From: Macrostomum lignano
Lineage: Eukaryota
Direction of reading: 5' to 3'
DNA: 64,000 bases
NCBI GenBank assembly: GCA_002269645.1
Contig: NIVC01001990.1
Location: 1 to 64,000, forward strand
Shown here: piece after piece, positions 52,298-63,860 of the stretch
How the letters are laid out: each line of letters starts with the position of its first letter
How positions within the stretch are numbered: the first letter of the stretch is position 1
Notes under the pieces: generated by a model
Seen by the model: only the letters and a program-made list of their open reading frames with translations
Told to the model about the DNA's origin: nothing
The model's database searches: none
Made by a program: the position numbers and the translations under genes

Positions 52298-55200
52298 ATG
52301 GCATTGGAAAGGTAAGTAGTTTAACTTTTTAATTTATGAAAAAAAGGTTACTTTTTATTTAATTTTGACTTTGCCAAAATGTTCCAAAGTTATTGAGAAT
52401 ATTAAATACAAGTAAAGAATTTCAAATCTAAAATCACTTTTTTAGTTGCGATATTGGCCTTATTGGACTTGCTGTCATGGGACAAAATTTGATCCTAAAT
52501 ATGAATGATCATGGATTCAAGGTAAGTTTCAAATTTTGAAACTATAAAGTATAATTGTTTTATTTATTTAGGGCCTATATTTCTTTGCCTTTTAATTTGA
52601 TTCATTTTATTTGATTTAAAATAATAATCAAATAAATCAAATGGCAAATAAATCAAATCTTTTCTAAAATAATAATCAAATTAAAATAAAAATAATAAAA
52701 TAATTTGACTACTACTTATTTGTTCCTAGAAATAAAAGTAGCAATAGATCATTTTTATATTTATATAGCCAACAAAATAAAAGTAAAAGGTACAGCCCAT
52801 TTTGGCAAAGGAATTTTTAGCAAAAGATACTTCAGTAAAAGTGAATTTTTAGTTTGTATACATATACATTTTGGCAAAAGAAAGGGACCAGTTTGGCAAA
52901 AAGATAGGCTGTTTTTTTATAATTTCAAATATATTACTTTGGTAACCATAGCTTTTAAAAAAATTATTCATTGACTGCCTTGCATATATATGCAGTTTGT
53001 AAATGTACTTACAACTTGGCTAGTAGCTATGCTATTTATATGCAAAGTGCAATTGATAGATTAGCCCTAGGGATGATAGTATGGTTTCTTAGTTTTAGTT
53101 CCTAAATTATACTTTGAAATTCTGCACTAATAGAATAACATCTAATAAAATAATTTACTAATCAAATAATAAAATTGCTATAGAATAAAAAGATATAGTG
53201 ATAAAATATTATTTTTATCATTGAGATATATTTAATGATTATTAAGGTATCATTGAAAGCAAGAAGTGTGCTTATATAAGGGGCTGGCTACTTTTCAAGC
53301 TCTTCAAATCCAAGTGCCAATGCAAGGGATTCCAGTTGGCATTGAAAGTTAATGGTTCAAAAGCAACATACTTTCTACAACTCAAAAATGGACAGGATAG
53401 AACTAGAAACCTGGTCATCCCCAAAAAGGCAATCAATCATATGTGTAGTCTGTCAGATAGAGTGTGCAAAGAGAACAACAGATAAAGAGCTGTTTGTTCT
53501 GAAGGGTATAGGTCAATGGCTGCAAGAAAAGTTCTTTCCTATTGTTCTTGCTAATATTCACACACACAGCTGTGAATGCTGTGCAAGGGTGATGGCCAAG
53601 TTGTTTGCCAGAATTCGCCTACATCACTGGTGCAATAGTCAGAGGGAGCTCAGCAGAGAAAGTGAGGGCACATGAAAGGAATGAAAAGAACTGAAGAGAA
53701 GAAGCTGATGCAAATTAGTGTTGTTTAACTGCCATTTGAAGTGGTTTTTACATTTGATCCTTAATAGGATCTGTTATTACTGCTTTTGCTACTTTTTGCT
53801 ATAAATTATTCTTTGCTAGTTGATACTACTGGCCATAGCCTTCACAACAAAAGTAGTGTGCATGAATTTTAATTTGGCTTTGTGGAAAATGGTTGATTGA
53901 GCATTCTGTGTATATTCTATGGCTCCAATTGGTAACTAATATGAGAACTGCAGTCTAGTGGGGATTATGAAATAGCTTATCAATCTACCAATCACTTGTG
54001 GATTTGTGATGACCAACTGGAGGTCAGTCCTGAGGATGTACTTTTGCTGCATTCAGTACAATTTTAATCAGTTTTGGAGTTCAAGGCTAAAGTTTACCCA
54101 AACCTGTCAAACAGATTTCTGGCATTCATTGGCTGTCAGAGAAAGAGAGCCATTTTGTGTCCTAGGAATGACGTTTGACTTTAGATTTAAGAAATGCATG
54201 CGAAAAATAGTTTCGGGGGTTGGAATTTTGCGGGTTAAAAATCTGCGGGTTTTTTTATTTATCTGCCATTTCGCCTGCTTAAATTAACTGTTTAAATTTT
54301 ATTTTCAATCAAAACTAGGTTGGCGTCTTCAATCGAACAGTGTCCAAAGTGGATAGATTCCTGGCTAATGAGGCCAAAGGCACTCAAGTGGTTGGTGCCC
54401 ATTCGTTGGAGGAGTTCGTCAAGTTATTGAAAAAACCGCGCGCTGTCATGTTGCTGGTGCAGGCTGGCAAGCCTGTTGACGACTTTATTGATAGCTTGGT
54501 AAGCAGTTCCGATTCTTTACAGGGCTACATCTACCCCTTGTCTATCTGAGCGGGTCTTTACAGGCTACATCTACCCCTTGTCTACCTGAGCATGTCTTTA
54601 CAGGCTACATCTACCCCTTGTCTATCTGAGCGGGTCTTTAGAGGCTACATCTACCCCTTGACTATCTGAGCGGGTCTTTACAGGCTACATCTACCCCTTG
54701 TCTATCTGAGCGGGTCTTTACAGGCTACATCTACCCCTTGACTATCTGAGCGGGTCTTTACAGGCTACATCTACCCCTTGACTATCTGAGCGGGTCTTTA
54801 CAGGCTACATCTACCCCTTGACTATCTGAGCGGGTCTTTACAGGCTACATCTACCCCTTGTCTATCTGAGCGGGTCTTTACAGGCTACATCTACCCCTTG
54901 ACTATCTGAGCGGGTCTTTACAGGCTACATCTACCCCTTGACTATCTGAGCGGGTCTTTACAGGCTACATCTACCCCTTGTCTATCTGAGCGGGTCTTTA
55001 CAGGCTACAGCTACTACTTGTCTATCTGAGCGGGTCTTTACAGGCTACAGCTACTACTTGTCTATCTGAGCGGGTCTTTACAGGCTACAGCTACTACTTG
55101 TCTATCTGAGGGATTCCCCTTTATAGCTGCTTTATATACCTTTACTATCTAGGTTTTTATCAAGTAATCTTTAATTGGTTTAATTTTTACCTGCATAAAA

Positions 55201-57495
55201 TAAGATTAAATATAAAATTCGTTAACTTTTCAGATTCCTTTGCTAGATAAAGGCGATATCATCATTGATGGCGGCAACTCTGAGTTCGATGACTCTACTG
55301 TATGTTGCTAAGATGCCAATTTATAATTTTATGCCTATAAATTTTCCTAAAATGTGCGTCTCTCTGTCTCAATAAATATTTATAGCGACGTTTCGAGCGC
55401 TGCCAAGCCGCCGGTCTGCTATTTGTCGGCTCCGGTGTGTCCGGCGGCGAGGAGGGCGCCAGACACGGCCCCTCGCTGATGCCCGGCGGTCATCCGGACG
55501 CCTGGCCGAGAATTCGGCCAATCTTCCAGGCCGTGTGCGCTAAAGTGGACGGCCAGCCCTGCTGCGACTGGGTCGGCGAGGGCGGCGCCGGACACTTCGT
55601 TAAGATGGTTAGTCGGACTGGTTAAGGCTCTGTTGAGATCTGTGTCTGAGTGCAGGGGGTCTGTATGTATGACTGCTAGGTCTGTGTTTGTGTGAGTGCT
55701 GGGTCTGTGTTTGTGTGAGTGCTAGGTCTGTGTTTGTGTGAGTGCTAGGTCTGTGTTTGTGTGAGTGCTAGGTCTGTGTTTGTGTGAGTGCTAGGTCTGT
55801 GTTTGTGTGAGTGCTAGGTCTGTGTTTGTATGACTGCTAGGTCTGTGTTTGTGTGAGTGCTAGGTCTGTGTTTGTGTGAGTGCTAGGTCTGTGTTTGTGT
55901 GAGTGCTAGGTCTGTGTTTGTGTGAGTGCTAGGTCTGTGTTTGTGTGAGTGCTAGGTCTTTGCTGGGTCTGTTTCACCTGGATGCTCAGATAGTGCTGGT
56001 CCAGTGTGACTTGGGTGCTCAGATAATGCTGGTCCAGTGTGACTTGGGTGCTCAGATAGTGCTGGTCCAGTGTGACTTGGGTGCTCAGATAGTGCTGGTC
56101 CAGTGTGACTTGGGTGCTCAGATAGTGCTGGCAGTGCTAGTCCTGTGTACTTATTGACACAAGTGTAGATTCGAAAAAAATTCCAACCTCATCAGGTACA
56201 CAACGGCATTGAGTATGGTGACATGCAGCTCATCTGCGAAGCTTACCACCTGATGAAGGAGGTCTGCGGGCTCAGCAACGACGAAATGGCCGATGTGTTC
56301 ACCCGTTGGAACAATGGCGATCTGAATTCGTTTCTGATTGAGATCACGGCCGACATTCTGCGGCATCGTGACGATGACGGCAAGCACACCGTGGACAAGA
56401 TTCTGGACTGTGCCGGACAAAAGGGAACTGGTCAGTGGGGCTGGTCTTCTAATCGCTGGGGCGATTTTCTAATCGCTGGGGCGATTTTCTAATCGCTGGG
56501 GCGATTTTCTAATCGCTGAGGCAATTTTCTAATCGCTGGGGCGATTTTCTAATCGCTGGGGCGATTTTCTAATCGCTGGGGCGATTTTCTAATCGCTGGG
56601 GCGATTTTCTAATCGCTGGGGCGATTTTCTAATCGCTGGGGCGATTTTCTAATCGCTGGGGCGATTTTCTAATCGCTGGGTCGATTTTCCAATTGCTGGG
56701 GTGATTTTTCCTATTGCTGAGGTTATTTTCTAATTGCTGAGTCAATTCTTTTAATTGCTGTAGCGATTTTTTAATATTGCGCTACCCGAAGCGATTTACA
56801 CTGAGAATCCTCGCCACCCGTCCCGCGCAGGCAAGTGGACAGTTGTCACCAGTCTGCACGCGGGCACACCGTTGACACTCATCGCCGAGGCCGTCTTCGC
56901 TCGCCACTTGAGCCGCTATAAGGCCGAACGACAGCGCGCGGCCGCCACCCTGCCCGGACCGTCCGCTGCACCGCCTCGGCCAGCTGATCCGGCCGCGTTC
57001 ATCGAAGACATTCACCAGGCGCTGTACGCCTCCAAGATTGTCAGCTACGCCCAGGGCTACATGCTGATGCAGACGCAATCAGCTCAGACTGGCTGGAAGC
57101 TCAACCTAGGCGGCATCGCTTTGATGTGGCGCGGAGGCTGCATTATTCGCAGCCAGTTCCTTGGCCGCATCAAGACCGCATTCGAGCGCAATCCCGAGCT
57201 GGATAGTCTGCTGCTCGATCCATTCTTCTCAGGCGTCATGCGCCAGGCTAACGACGGCTGGCGGCGCTGTCTGGCCGCGGCCGTCACCGCCGGCGTGCCC
57301 TGTCCGGCGTTCTCGGCCGCGCTCAGCTTCTACGACGGCTTCCGCTGCGGCCGGCTGCCGGCCAGCCTGTTGCAGGCGCAACGCGACTATTTTGGCGCTC
57401 ACCAGTACGAGCTGATGGACCAGCCTGGCAAGTTCGTGCACACCAACTGGACCGGCCGGGGCGGCCAGGTGGCCTCGTCCACCTATCAGGCTTGA
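52298..57495 (+). CDS. PGD: 6-phosphogluconate dehydrogenase, decarboxylating, 485 aa
   Basis: Exons 52298-52311, 52446-52521, 54319-54498, 55234-55299, 55386-55607, 56196-56430, 56831-57495 total 1458 nt in frame. Motifs: [13 protein letters not shown] (NADP binding), [64 protein letters not shown]. Confidence 0.97.
53246..53640 (+). pseudogene. P-element/THAP9-like transposase C-terminal remnant in PGD intron 2
   Basis: [32 protein letters not shown], then a frameshift, then [12 protein letters not shown]. This matches the recalled YIAG..CxxC / LKN.GGL..PS / KiRlhH pattern of THAP9-family C-termini. No TIRs seen. Confidence 0.6.
54520..55110. repeat. 40-bp minisatellite, PGD intron 3
   Basis: CAGGCTACATCTACCCCTTG(T/A)CTATCTGAGCGGGTCTTTA. 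Confidence 0.95.
55670..55955. repeat. 23-bp minisatellite, PGD intron 5 (5' side)
   Basis: GAGTGCTAGGTCTGTGTTTGTGT. Confidence 0.93.
55975..56130. repeat. 33-bp minisatellite, PGD intron 5 (3' side)
   Basis: GCTCAGATAGTGCTGGTCCAGTGTGACTTGGGT x ~4.5. Confidence 0.9.
56445..56770. repeat. 20-bp minisatellite, PGD intron 6
   Basis: GCGATTTTCTAATCGCTGGG, degenerating 3'. Confidence 0.93.
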
Positions 57496-57744
57496 GACAC
57501 TCGCGTTGGCGGCTGGGTGTAAAACTACTGAGAATAGCGCTATCTGGTTGTCTGACGGGAGCTGTCTTTCGGCTTGAAACTGATAGGATCAGAGTTCAGA
57601 ATTGTCTTTTTAATTTCCCCTTCTCTTTAGTTTTTTAGTTTCTTTCCCGCACTCTTCATTTTTGGGATCGGGGAATTCCACTTAGAAAGTGGGATACATG
57701 AAAATTCTTGCATACGAGTAATTAAAGGGAAGATCCGTTCTTAT

Positions 57745-58915
57745 CAATGGAAAATTCCATTAGCACCGATGGAAAATTCCATTAGCACCGATGGAAAATT
57801 CCATATTAGCATCATTGGGAAATTCCATATTAGCACCGATGGAAAATTCCATATTAGCATCAATAGAAAATTCCATATTAGCATCAATGGAAAATTCCAT
57901 ATTAGCATCAATGGAAAATTCCATATTAGCATCAATGGAAAATTCCATATTAGCATCAATAGAAAATTCCATATTAGCATCAATGGAAAATTCCATATTA
58001 GCATCAATGGAAAATTCCATATTAGCATCAATAGAAAATTCCATATTAGCATCAATGGAAAATTCCATATTAGCATCAATGGAAAATTCCATATTAGCAT
58101 CAATGGAAAATTCCATATTAGCATCAATGGAAAATTCCATATTAGCATCAATAGAAAATTCCATATTAGCATCAATGGAAAATTCCATTAAATAACATCA
58201 TTGGGAAATTCCTTTGGCATGATTGGGAAATTCCATTAGTATGATTGGGAATTCCATTAGCATGATTGGGAATTCCATTAGTATCATTGGGAAATTCCAT
58301 TAGCATGATTGGGAATTCCATTAGCATCATTGGGAAATTCCTATAGCATCATTGGGAAATTCCTATAGCATCATTGGGAAATTCCTATAGCATCATTGGG
58401 AAATTCCTATAGCATCATTGGGAAATTCCTATAGCATCATTGGGAAATTCCTATAGCATCATTGGGAAATTCCATTAGCATCATTGGGAAATTCCATTAG
58501 CATCATTGGGAAATTCCATTAGCATCATTGGGAAATTCCTATAGCATCATTGGGAAATTCCTATAGCATCATTGGGAAATTCCTATAGCATCATTGGGAA
58601 ATTCCTATAGCATCATTGGGAAATTCCTATAGCATCATTGGGAAATTCCTATAGCATCATTGGGAAATTCCTATAGCATCATTGGGAAATTCCATTAGCA
58701 TCATTGGGAAATTCCATTAGCATCATTGGGAAATTCCTATAGCATCATTGGGAAATTCCTATAGCATCATTGGGAAATTCCTATAGCATCATTGGGAAAT
58801 TCCTATAGCATCATTGGGAAATTCCTATAGCATCATTGGGAAATTCCTATAGCATCATTGGGAAATTCCTATAGCATCATTGGGAAATTCCATTAGCATG
58901 ATTGGGAAATTCCTA
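57745..58915. repeat. Composite 24-bp then 22-bp minisatellite downstream of PGD
   Basis: GGAAAATTCCATATTAGCATCAAT switching to GGGAAATTCCTATAGCATCATT. Confidence 0.95.
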
Positions 58916-60269
58916 TATTCCATACACGCAATTACTTGCACAAAGATCAGGGATCAGATTGCATCTGGCAATACGTAGCGGTCATACTTGAGCATCGAGT
59001 TTTCTTTCTTGAGTGCTTTTTTAAGCCCCATATTTTTAATCTACCAACTTTAATAACGCCTTTTTAACCTGTTCTATATGACTAATTTTTTATTTATCGA
59101 TAATATTACAAGTATTATTTGATATTTATAAAGAAATTAAAATTAGCTTTCATAAGTCCCTAAGTTTTTTGCCGCTTTTTTAGTGGTTTAGGCTTAGGCA
59201 ATGGCTTTCCTGTATTGATTTTGTAATGGCTAAATTTTCTAACGCTTTAGTTGTAGAGCCATGGTGAATTATAAATATTAAATTGTCAAGTAGCTTTACT
59301 TAGATTGAACTATTAGAAAAAATTTTTATTGTAATGTGTCTCGTAAATTGCATTCTATACATGTAATTTGTTAGCCACTATCAATCATTCTGCTATTTTT
59401 GTTTTAGGTTTGTTTAACTGCGCCATCTGTCCCCTCCCTAATGCTCCACTAGAGTTGATTTCGGTAAATCTGGTTGATATTAGTTGATCCTATAGAAACA
59501 TTCTGCAATCTGTCTATTCAGTTTAACAAAAAGTCTCAATTGTTTTTTTTGTTATTATCTATTGGAGTGTAGAAACGTTCAGGGGCGGAGATGAGAGCGC
59601 TGATGTTTATTTGACAATTAGAATTCGCTAGGCTGTTTGATTTAGCAAAAACGCATTATATATGTAGTCTGTAGGCATACTTTACCTTAGTGATTAGAAA
59701 GCCAAAACAGGGTTTATCAGCACTGGTTTCTGTTTTACTGTACTGTATCAATGATTTTCGATACGCAACTAAAAAAAGCTATACGAAATATACAAAACTC
59801 TTCTAGAGATTTCGATAACTATTTTCAATTATTTAGTAAAGTTTAGTAAGAAAAAAATCTAACTTATTTATTGTTCATTTGAATTTTTGTTGTTGAAATA
59901 AGATGCAAGTTAATTTTATTATTAACAAAGGCTAGCGGTAGGGACCAGGTGTGGCCTAGAGACTTTATATGTCCATGTCAATATTGATATTAGTATTACT
60001 CGTATATAATTATTGCTCTTTCAATTATAGACTTCTGTTTACTTTTACACCTTGAATCATACCCAACATCTGCGGTGTTGAATATTAGAAATCCTGGACC
60101 ATCCCCTCATCCTGCAGTTGGCCAAGTTCAAATATTGAATGTCGCCCAGCCGCGGTGTCAGGCTCGTCACGGGTTTAAAGTTCATTGGACATTGGCAAAC
60201 CGTATTGATTTGATTTTTCTAATGACAGGCTGGAAATGTCCCGCACCGGCTGACTGATGGTCCTTTTCC

Positions 60270-60680
60270 TCTCACCTCTCCCTCTCACTCTCCCTCTTAC
60301 TCTCACTCTTACTCTCCCTCTTACTCTCACTCTTACTCTCACTTCTCACTCTCCCTCTCACTCTCCCTCTCACTCTGCCTCTCACTCTCCCTCTCACTCT
60401 GCCTCTCACTCTCACTCTCACTCTCACTCTCCCTCTCACTCTGCCTCTCACTCTGCCTCTCACTCTCCCTCTCACTCTGCCTCTCACTCTCACTCTCACT
60501 CTCACTCTCCCTCTCACTCTCCCTCTCACTCTCTCTTCCACCTCTCTCTAACTCTCTATCTCTCGCTCTCGCTCTGCCTCTCAATCTCCCTCTCGCTCTC
60601 CCTCTCACTCTTACTCTCGCTGTCCTTCTCATTTCCCCTTCCCTCCCCTCCTTTTCTCCCCTGTTTTCTCTTTTCTTTCC
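60270..60680. repeat. (CTCTCA)n-type pyrimidine microsatellite
   Basis: CTCACTCT low-complexity run. Confidence 0.9.
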
Positions 60681-61160
60681 CCCCTCCTCTGTAAATTTCA
60701 TCTCTGAGGCCCTCGTACTACCATATAGCTCTGTTGCCTGTTCCGCCGGCGCGGTAAACCTTAGAGCTGCCTTGAACCCCTATGTCGGCTTGTGAGTCAA
60801 GCTTAGAGAAAGTTCACCATGCAGCCATTCCTGCACACAGAATAGAGGCGATGCAGGTGTGTAGCAACAGATCTTTTAGCTCGTGTCTTGAGCCTGGTCA
60901 GTCTCATGCTACGCAGGCGTGCTGAGGTTCTGGCTCCCTTCTAAAAACACGGACCCCATGAAAAATCGACACTATAACTGTACATTAAGACTAAATAAGG
61001 CTCTGAGAGTCACTCAGATGAAAAGCTGTTAAAGCGTTGGCCGTTCACTTTGATTTTATCAATGCGTCTGGGTGAAATCTCTATAAATTGGCTGTTTCTG
61101 AATATAATCGTGGATAGTCACTTCTGCAGTTGTGGCAGTCTGTTTTCTCAGCTTATCGAT

Positions 61161-61523
61161 TTTTTTGATTAGAGGCAGGGGGGTTGTGTGCACCCTGGCG
61201 CACTTTAAGCGACATAGGCACACAACCGGCGAGAGGCATTACTGCCCATTCCGCCGACTTCCCTGAGCAGGCACACAAGCGCGCGGATACGTACGCAGGC
61301 ACACACTCACACAGGAGTGTACAGCGGCCCTAACTTTATATTATCGTTAGGCATGTACACTTCACTGCGCCTTGGGGGGTTGGCTCTCAAGGCCGTTAAT
61401 TGCACGAGCAGAGCCAAGCCGAGATTCCAATTCAGCCCCAAATTAATGTGACTGCACTTGGAATCGAGCCTGAGTCGCTGGCACACCAGAGCAGCTGGGC
61501 TAACGCTGGGCTACGGCCCCCCT
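61161..61523 (-). mobile_element. tRNA-derived SINE with 13-bp TSD
   Basis: Minus-strand head GGGGGCCGTAGCCCAGCGTTAG (A-box-like) ..GGCTCGATTCC (B-box-like), a short A-tail, and a perfect TSD TCAGCTTATCGAT at 61148-61160 and 61524-61536. Confidence 0.8.
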
Positions 61524-61812
61524 TCAGCTTATCGATAGGGGGTTGAGTGAATTTTTAACCCTAGCCTATAAGCAGTTTGCAAACTGCATGTACATTTAGT
61601 AGGTACAGTACATGTACATGTGCATAGTGCTTATTGCGGTGGCGAATACAATGAGGCTTAAGCTTGGGTAAATGATGTAACACAAAGTTTTGGGTCGTCA
61701 ATGAAAGCTATAATATTTTACGCTCGTGTATACCAAGAGTAAAGCGTCATGTTTTGGAGAATCGATCCAATATATCAGACAACCAAAGGACTCTCTCTCT
61801 CTCTCACCTGCA

Positions 61813-62586
61813 ATGGATCGAACCATGCATTGGCTGCTTGACCAGCAGCTCTGCCGCAGTCCCAATGGCCACATACACGTGGGCCTGAGCTCCAGCAATC
61901 GGCGTCTGTTGCGACCGAACGGACAGCCGGTGTTCCCGACCAACGGTTGCCTCGAGCCGGTGCTGATTAATGTGTACGACCTGCACTGGACCAACCGCAT
62001 GACCAAGCGGCTTCGGCTGGCCGCCTACCACACCGGCCTGGAGGTCTACGGCGTTGAGATTGCCTACGGCGACTGCGGCGTCTACAGAATCAAGCCGAAA
62101 GACGTCAACTCAATGGAGTGCGATATGGTGTTTAAGAAGTCCGTGCAACTGGGCTGCACCGACTACAAGAGAGAAGACGTGCTTCTAATTAGCCAGTGGC
62201 TCGGTCAGACTTTGTTTACCGGACGGATGTACGACTTGCTGCGACGGAACTGCAACCACTTCAGCGCTACCATGGGCAAGCTGCTGTGCCCGCAGGCCGA
62301 GTTTCCCAAGTGGATCAACTCCCTGGCCAGCATTGGCGTCCGGCTGCCCTTTATTGAACGACGAGTTCGACGCTATCTCAGCGAATGCAGCGACGATGAA
62401 GACGGCGACGAGGCGGGAAAGAAGGCCGGAAACGAGTCGACGAACGCAACGACAATCGAAGAGGAAAAGGGCAACAAGCGGCGAGGCCTGAGGGAGATCT
62501 GTGCTAATCTGTCGCGATGCAGCAGCAGTGGACAGCAACAGGGCAATGCCGACCGTGTTGAATGCGACAAGAAGCAAAGCAAATAG
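61813..62586 (+). CDS. DESI2: PPPDE-domain peptidase / deSUMOylating isopeptidase (DESI2-like), single exon
   Basis: Motifs VLINVYDL, YHTGLEVYG (catalytic His), YDLLRRNCNHFS (catalytic Cys), PKWINSLA. First ATG 61813, stop 62586, AATAAA 62654-62659. Confidence 0.85.
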   Translation: MDRTMHWLLDQQLCRSPNGHIHVGLSSSNRRLLRPNGQPVFPTNGCLEPVLINVYDLHWTNRMTKRLRLAAYHTGLEVYGVEIAYGDCGVYRIKPKDVNSMECDMVFKKSVQLGCTDYKREDVLLISQWLGQTLFTGRMYDLLRRNCNHFSATMGKLLCPQAEFPKWINSLASIGVRLPFIERRVRRYLSECSDDEDGDEAGKKAGNESTNATTIEEEKGNKRRGLREICANLSRCSSSGQQQGNADRVECDKKQSK

Positions 62587-63004
62587 GGCCGGCAATTCTG
62601 CAGATTCTTCTGCTCGTATGGAATCGAAACGAAATTAAGATTTGCCGAAACTTAATAAATCTAAGACTCGCATGGGTTTTAATGAGTTCGTTTAGTAAAT
62701 GCATTTTAAATCCTAGAAGATCCGAGAGAAATGCATTATAAGAGAGAGACAATCAATTGTTTTATATTGCCATTTATATAGCGGGATAGCTATGCCAATT
62801 TTTATTAAGAATGTCTTTTATCAACCCTTTTTCGCCATCGGTTCACCATATTTTATAGATTTTCGCGTAAATATAAACTTGATTTGGTGCAACATTTGCT
62901 TTCCCATTATATAATTTAAATTAATGATAACCTGAATGAATGCATGTGCGGATCGTCAAACGCGTGTATGTACGCGAAATTTAGTGTGAATAGGACTTTC
63001 AAAT

Positions 63005-63860
63005 AGATGTCAAGGCTTAGTAGGGGAATTTCTGAGATGTCAAGACTTGCTGAGGGAATTTCTGAGATGTCAAGGCTTAGTAGGGGAATTTCTGAGATGT
63101 CAAGACTTGCTGAGGGAATTTCTGAGATGTCAAGGCTTAGTAGGGGAATTTCTGAGATGTCAAGACTTGCTGAGGGAATTTCTGAGATGTCAAGGCTTAG
63201 TAGGGGAATTTCTGAGATGTCAAGACTTGCTGAGGGAATTGCTGAGATGTCAAGGCTTGCTTGGGGAATTGCTGAGATGTCAAGGCTTACTAGGGGAATT
63301 GCTGCGATGTCAAAGCTTACTATAGGGGAATTGCTGAGATGTCAAGTCTTGCTGAGGCCGAGGGAATTGCTGAGATGTCAGGGCTTGCTGGGGGAATTGC
63401 TGAGATGTCAAGACTTGCTGAGGGAATTGCTGACATGTCAAAACATGCTGAGGGAATTTCTGAGATGTCAAGACATGCTGAGGGAATTTGAGATGTCAAG
63501 ACTTGCTGAGGGAATTTCTGAGATGTCAAAACATGCTGAGGGAATTGCTGAGATGTCAAGACTTGCTGAGGGAATTGCTGAGCTGTCAGGGTTGCTAGCT
63601 GTGGGAATTGCTGGGATATCAAGGCTTGCTGGGGGAATTGCTGAGATGTCAATAATTGCTGAGGGAATTGCTGAGATGTCAGGGCTTGCTGTGGGAATTG
63701 CTGGGATATCAAGGCTTGCTGGGGGAATTGCTGAGATGTCAAGACTTGCTGAGGGAATTGCTGAGATGCCAGGGCTTGCTGTGGGAATTGCTGGGATATC
63801 AAGGCTTGCTGGGGGAATTGCTGAGATATCAAGGCTTAGGTGGGATCGCTGAGATGTCAA
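63005..63860. repeat. 30-bp minisatellite with initial 60-bp alternation
   Basis: GAGATGTCAAGACTTGCTGAGGGAATTTCT and variants. Confidence 0.93.

Noticed and set aside
41189-62586. Functional clustering of DAXX (SUMO-binding) and DESI2 (deSUMOylase)
   Set aside because: Separated by unrelated housekeeping genes; no evidence of co-regulation in the sequence.
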